Below, piece after piece: positions 57,892 to 64,000 of a DNA stretch of 64,000 nt. Position numbers and translations under genes: made by a program. Origin of the DNA: Ancylonema sp. (lineage: Eukaryota); assembly GCA_050230475.1 (NCBI GenBank), contig JBFLGF010000051.1, forward strand, positions 1-64,000, written 5' to 3'. The notes beneath the pieces are model-generated. The model did no database searches. It was not told where the DNA came from and saw only the letters and a list, made by a program, of their open reading frames with translations. Numbering within the stretch: the first letter of the stretch is position 1; each line of letters opens with the position of its first letter.

Positions 57892-59027
57892 TAGGCCTGC
57901 GATCCCCCGTTTGAAATCAATCGGGGGAGGCGGACTCCCCCGTCTCCCGTCCGCCTCCCCCGTATACGGGGGACCCACCGCGGTTTGAAAAATCCCAGCC
58001 GCAACGGTTATATACGGGGAACACGGGGGAAAACGGGGGAAACGGGGGGCTAATCGGGGAACAACGGGGGACACGGGGGAGGAAACGGGGGAAAACGGGG
58101 GGCAAGGAGGATGAACCGGTTGGCAACTGGGGGAGAAGTGGAATAATAAAATATTTGTACAAGAGTTTGATGATTCAAAATACACCAAATCATGTGTTGG
58201 AATAAAACTGAAGTTCATGTCGTATATTATTATTGATGGCCAATGTTTAAAGTGACGTATTACATATGTTTCTTATCTTCATGTTTTTTGTATGTTACTA
58301 CAAGTGATACAAGTGACGTATTAGTAGGAAAGTCCCATTTGACGCATTTGTTGTAAGCCTTGCACGTCCTAGGTTGCGAAGATAAGTAATTGTAAGTTAT
58401 GATTATGTAATATGGTATGAGGTACATAAAAATGGAAGTCAAAACTCACAACAATGATACTAAATACGTGTGAGGCAAGTTACAGAATACATATTGCAAG
58501 ATATGCAAGTGCAATACGGTGTTGCCAATACCACTAAATATGGCGAAATTTCATGCTTATGAATGATGATACGGTATCATTGATACCGTGATGAAGTACA
58601 AAGTGTCCTATGTTGAACTACTTGCATTTGTTGTGATAGTGCACTAAATAGTATCGCGATGTACACAACATGAACAAGTAACGAGCGCTCATGAAAAGGT
58701 AATACGGGGAGTGTAACATTCTACGTAGATGGACAATGTAATCAACTTGTCATTGCAAGTAGTCAACCTCAATAACACATACATACAATTTTTGTGAGAC
58801 CAACTTTGTCATTGAGGAAACGAGGATGCTCCCCCGTAGACTTCCCCCGTGTCCCCCGTAATTCCCCCGTTTCCCCCGTTCCTCCCCCGCATCCCCCGAT
58901 TCCCCCGTTTTCCCAACCAGCGGCTGCGTCCCCCGTATTCCCCCGTAATTTGAGTAGAAGGGGACGGTGGATCCCCCGTAAGAGGCCGGGGGACGGGGGA
59001 CCCGGGGGACGGGGGAGCGCATCCCTA
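57892..59027. mobile_element. 1.1-kb hAT-like non-autonomous element with ACGGGGG/CCCCCGT subterminal repeats
   Basis: TIR TAGGCCTGCGATCCCCC / GGGGGAGCGCATCCCTA. Degenerate 8-bp TSD ATTATCTT / ATTATATA (6/8). AT-rich core. Confidence 0.75.
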
Positions 59028-59070
59028 ATTATATAATACGGTTTTACCGGTGTTTTCACCGGTGCTTTTA

Positions 59071-59305
59071 CCGTTAGGCCCTCTGGTGGCTGGCAGCTAG
59101 CAATCGGCGGTTGGCGATTGCGGCTGGCTGACGTCAAGTTTTCAGGCAAAATTTGGAAATAACGAAGAGCGAAAGCCAGAAGGGTTTTTAATCACCGGTG
59201 CAACCGTTGTATGGAGCCAAATCGAGGCTCCTTAACGAAACTTACCGTTGCGCTGGTTTTACCGCTGGGTTCCATATCTTCGTTTTAACGGTACCAGGTA
59301 CCGTT
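59071..59305 (+). promoter_or_regulatory. Cluster of five AACGG/CCGTT (MSA-core) motifs upstream of EB1
   Basis: CCGTT at 59071, 59204, 59245, 59301 and AACGG at 59287, about 250-480 bp before the ATG. Confidence 0.45.
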
Positions 59306-59552
59306 GCGCTGTTTGCTACTTCCTCCCCTGCAGCCACTTGTTGTCCGCGCATTACCACTGAGGCCAATATTTTCCACCTTCACCATTAGTACCAAAAATA
59401 CGACCAGCAGCTTCGTTTTCACTCCAGAATAAATTGTGCTTTCCTTTCACGTCTCTTCACATCGCATCTGCGCTAGCATTAAAAAAATTGCACCGAGAGT
59501 AGAAAGAAGCCGACAGTTATAAAATTTTGCTGAAGGTGCCTGATTTTGAGCA

Positions 59553-62500
59553 ATGGCATCCATCGGAATGATGGACGGGGCCTACTTTGTCTCACGTTCA
59601 GACATTCTGGCATGGATAAATGAAAGCATGCAGCTCAACGTCTCTAAAGTGGAAGAGGTAACAAAACTGGAAAACTCAATTCTGAGAGGAAATGTCTTCG
59701 TATTCAGTCAGTGACGCATCGCGTGCGTGCGTCAAATAGTCTCTGACGCGGAACTGCTGGTAGCAGTCACTGTCTTTCTCTCGGGAATGACTGCTCTTTT
59801 ATATTTTTTTTTCCAGTTAGTTAAGTCGTGCCTTGGAGCTATTGAGGCTGATTGGAGGTTCCAATTCGAATTAGGAGACAAGAAGAGGCCGCAGTCATGT
59901 TTGGCTTCGACGAGTTCGGCAAGACATGAATTCAGCTAACAGTCTTGGCATCCGGCGAGTTCTTTTTTTGACGTAACATTGCATCCAACCATGGCATCTC
60001 TGGCATTCAAGCAGTATCTTACGAACAGAGAGAGTCAGTCGTCTCGGTGAATGTGACTAGTTCGATCATCCAGGATGTTCAGAAATAGTTTCGGCCAGCA
60101 CAAGGATGTTGTACTGGTGTTCAAATGTCGTATACAGCACGGTGGAGCTTTAATCTCTCGCAGCTTATTTCGCTTTGATAGCTATCACTTACCTGCAGAG
60201 GTAAAATGCAACTGACATGCTGTAGTTGCTTCTCTGCCAGGCAGCATCAGGAGCTATTGCATGCCAACTGATTGACGCAACTCATCCTGGAACCATTCAG
60301 ATGCACAGAGTAAGAGCTCTACCTTCGTCCGATTTCTATGGCAGACCGACCTGCATGTTGTGTCGCGTGGTCACATTCAAGTTTTAGCATGTGAGTTGCC
60401 AACCAGCAAGTAATGATAAGGACATTTGCGAGGGCGAGCTGTGGGGACAGGGCTGTCTCACAACCAGGTGCCGTCTCACATGATTGGGGGACAGACTTAA
60501 CAATTGGGAAGCCAAGCTTGGACGCAGGTTGCTGACCGCCTAATGTCTTGCTTGAATATTTCCATGCTGCAGGTAAATTATGGCGCTACTAGTGAATATG
60601 AGATGGTTCTAAATTACAAAGTGCTGCAAGATGCCTTCGACAGGCTCCATTTGGCCAAGGTATACTATTATATTCTGATCTGCACAAACATCACAGCATT
60701 AGTGTCTACTCTCAAACTTTCATAGAGCACACCTTGTTTCTCAACGATTCTTAATCAGCTTCACATAAGAGAGTGCTAGCTGCTCCAGCAGCCACTGTAT
60801 CCCATAGTTCTCCTACAGTGCTTCCTCAAACTGAGGTCCCTGCATCCTTGAGGTGCACTTGGTGTAGTATACTACTCCTTTGTCCTTCTTATCTGGTGGT
60901 CGAATATTTGTCTGCGGACCGACAACATTTCCCTGTCATTTCTGCAGCACATTGAAGTGAATAAACTGGTGAAGGGTAGAGCGATGGACAACTTAGAGTT
61001 TCTGCAGTGGTTGAAGCGCTACTGCGACTCCGTGACTGGAGGCGCACCGAATTCGAGGTCGGTATTCAAAAGAAAAATGGGAATTAAACTCAGAGACAAT
61101 GGAGGATGACTTCATACCCCATACTGTTCTCGGGAAATCTACAAAATTGTAAAAGCCTATACAAGCATTGTGGAGAAGGGGCAAGGGGTTCAGGATGTTT
61201 GATGAAGGAGGCAAAGATACTGTTACGTTCTAACTATTACTAGACGAAAATGGTCTGTGACGAATAGTAAAGTATATCAGTATAATTGCGGCAGTTCTAT
61301 CAAAGCTTCCGTTCCTTGTGTCTCGATCAGAGGTGTGATGCTAATAATATCCGCTGTGTTCGAGAATGCAGTTACAATCCTGCGGAAAGAAGAGAAGCGG
61401 CCAGAGGAGGAAAGGAAGTCAATCGAAGAGTTTGTGGATCAGACAAGCTCCCTTCCACCCGCTGCACTTCTCAGAGGGGAACAACTGGATCCGCAACTCA
61501 GACCAGACGAGCTGATGCTATAGCATGTGAGAAGCACTGCAGATCTGAACAAATACTATATAATCACTTCACTCTGAATACGTATGTCAGATGATTCAAA
61601 CCAGCACACGCCACATGGCTGACACAAGAAGGCTCGATTCAGGATTCAGCCACGTTGTATAATGGGCATGATTTTATAGCATGAGATGCAATGTCAGGAG
61701 TGGTTTGTGTCCAAAATAACTAAGACGATGGTGAACAAACTGATCTTGCTCTTCAGCAAAGAAGACTGGCGCCCTGAAGCATCCTCTCAGTTCACACAAC
61801 AACCAGACCCCTCTATATGAGAAGCAGGTGCAAGAGCTCTTGGAGCAGGTATGTCATTTCCCATGAAGATCTGTGCCCAGTTCAGTCATCGTCCTCAACA
61901 CGTAAATGCTGATGATATGTGCCCGATGCACCATATCCTACGAGTTGTTTGTTGTAGAATGTTTGAAAGCCCAGGTGCAAAAATGTATGCCCTGTCTGCC
62001 TTTGTCTCACTTTCAAGAAGGTGTGTCGGGCGGTGTATGAGATTGAAGACAGGCAGCTGATGACAGCTGACAAGCACGGATGTAAGGTAGTTAGTATTTT
62101 GGCCTGGATGGCCAGTTTGGTGCACTGAGACCGGGTCACGTGTTACTTCACACGACTTTTTGCTGCGCTCCTCTGAATAGGCTTCGCTTTTTTATGACAG
62201 GTCACAGAGCTAAAGCTGTCTCTCGATGGAGTTGAGAGGGAGCGAGATTTCTACTTCAGCAAGCTCCGGGACATTGAGATTTTGTGTCAGTCAGGACCAG
62301 CAGCAGAAAGCAAGGTATGGCTGCTTCGAATCCCATGAAGTTCTCCCAGGCTACTTTTGTGCCTTGCTGAATAGTGAAGGTTCTGCGAGAGCACCTGAGG
62401 CACTTGTAGCTTCTGACAGGATGGCGTTGCGACCATTGTACTGAAATACTGGTGTAGACAAGCCCATACTACACACGACGGCGGTTTTTGATTCACACAA

Positions 62501-62819
62501 ATGTAATATGCGTGAGGTTTTCACTCAGAAGCGGCATTGATTGTCCATGGCTGATGATTCATGGCCCTTATTCTCGTGGCTTATTCTGGAGAAAGTTGAC
62601 TCAGTGTTATGGATGAGCATCAATATAATATTCTTTAGATGTGACCAAGCTGATATCGGTTGTGGGATTGAGACTCTGCAGGTGGGCGTGGCCGTGAAGA
62701 AAATATTGTATGCGACAGACGACAATGAAGACGTCATGAACGACGCACAAGCCGAGATGAATATGGAAGCAGAGAACATGAAAGAAAACATCGGGACAGA
62801 AGTAGGAGTTGCTGCTTAA
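59553..62819 (+). CDS. EB1: Microtubule end-binding protein EB1 (RP/EB family)
   Basis: Exons 59553-59657, 60241-60309, 60573-60659, 60948-61057, 61372-61526, 61757-61848, 62201-62314, 62682-62819. Motifs [71 protein letters not shown]. Confidence 0.96.
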
Positions 62820-63493
62820 CAATTCACCCATCACGCAATGTATCCTGATTAATCACTAGAAGTTGTGTGCAGTCACAGGGTCACCTTCCGTGGTACTAGT
62901 TGCAATAGCATCAGCTTAAGATTATTTGTAGAACAGAGATGGCGGATTCCGACTCAAACACCCTGATTCTGTGGGTCTGGGTCCCTGATTTTCGTTAGCA
63001 CCTTCTACGTAGAACTCTGCACATCAGATGTTAGTATAGTCTTGTGTCACAACCGACTCTGGACTTGTACAGGCTTAGGAAACATTAGAAATAACTGTCC
63101 ATGCAAGTGACAAGTGACAAACATTTAGAATCAGAAATTTCTCCATTTAATCTGCCTTTGTAGAGGAAAAACTGACCAATTGTAATCTGACCATACAAAT
63201 GCTTTACCAGAACTGCTACGTGCATATGTGCCTCAGTACGAAGGTATATCTATTCTATGTGCCATCTGCTATATTAGTCTGCAAACAATTGAATCAACGA
63301 TTGATTGTCAACTCTTCTATCAACTAGAAAGGTGCTTACTAAATTTAACCAACATTTCCGCCAAGAGTATGCCTGAGGGAAAGCGAATTGATACTAAAAG
63401 AACCTTGTCTTGACTACCCTCCAGGTAGGCCAATAACATAAGCTGCAGCCTGCAGCATATACAAACACAGCATAATTCAACCTAGACTTGCTA

Positions 63494-64000
63494 TCAATAC
63501 ATCTGAAACTTTGCTTTTGTGTTTTCAAACACTTGCTCTGCATTAATGGCATCCTGTCCTGCTGCTCGTTTGATTTCTAGCGTAGCCTTCTGATAGTAAG
63601 CAGTCCCCCGTATGGCATCTGCTATGAAGTCATCAAACCCAATCGCGAGCGCAGCTTCTGCTTGCGCTCCATACACTAATCGCTGCACAAGATCAAGGAG
63701 CAAGGAGAAAATAAGCAGCCAGACTGGGCCACAGTAACGCCAGTGGTTGGCGATTGTCACGCTCAAAGTTATCACTCTTGAACAAAATCATCATATAGTG
63801 ATTATGATTCCGAAAATTGCTGCACTTCCGCAATGATTGAAACAAATGCTGCTGCTGCAGACCAGCCAGCTTATCCAGGTGACCCAAAATGGTAAGCAAT
63901 ATCCTTTCAAAATTCTGCTGGATTTTTGCAATCAATTTTTGGGAACCAGCAGCGCACCTTGATTTTGGAGAGATGGATGGCGCCGAAGCACATTGGGCAG
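63494..64000 (-). CDS. GSDA: Guanosine deaminase (CDA-family Zn deaminase), last two exons; gene continues beyond the window
   Basis: Exons 64000-63958 (CPMCFGAIHLSKIK) and 63682-63494 (RLVYGAQAEAALAIGFDDFIADAIRGTAYYQKATLEIKRA...FENTKAKFQMY*), matching the plant GSDA C-terminus. Confidence 0.92.

Overview
Eukaryotic nuclear DNA with GT-AG introns. The protein sequences are plant-like, so the source is probably a streptophyte alga or early-diverging plant (inference, not provable here). Seven protein genes can be modelled: a ~22-exon SABRE/KIP (BLTP2/Hobbit/FMP27) gene (+, ~222-15519), a CHRD-domain protein with a Gln-Ala/Thr tail (+), NDOR1/ATR3 (-), RPL31 (+), a DUF6737-type plastid membrane protein (-), EB1 (+) and the 3' end of guanosine deaminase GSDA (-). 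There is also a frameshifted DUF4470+MYND locus. Intergenic DNA and introns hold many non-autonomous DNA transposons (TA-TSD Tc1/mariner/pogo-like and 8-bp-TSD hAT-like, often nested), one RLE-type non-LTR retroelement 3' fragment, and microsatellites including ~1.55 kb of (TA)n. Frameshifts at long G/C runs suggest long-read homopolymer errors. I found no clearly new multi-gene system. The best leads are an in-frame TAG in SABRE that could double as a frame-preserving 3' splice site, CAT(A/G)GTTG-ended elements with different subterminal motifs, nested and self-inserted MITEs, an inverted MITE pair around a SABRE exon, and an MSA-like cluster upstream of EB1. All family assignments come from recalled motifs, not database searches.
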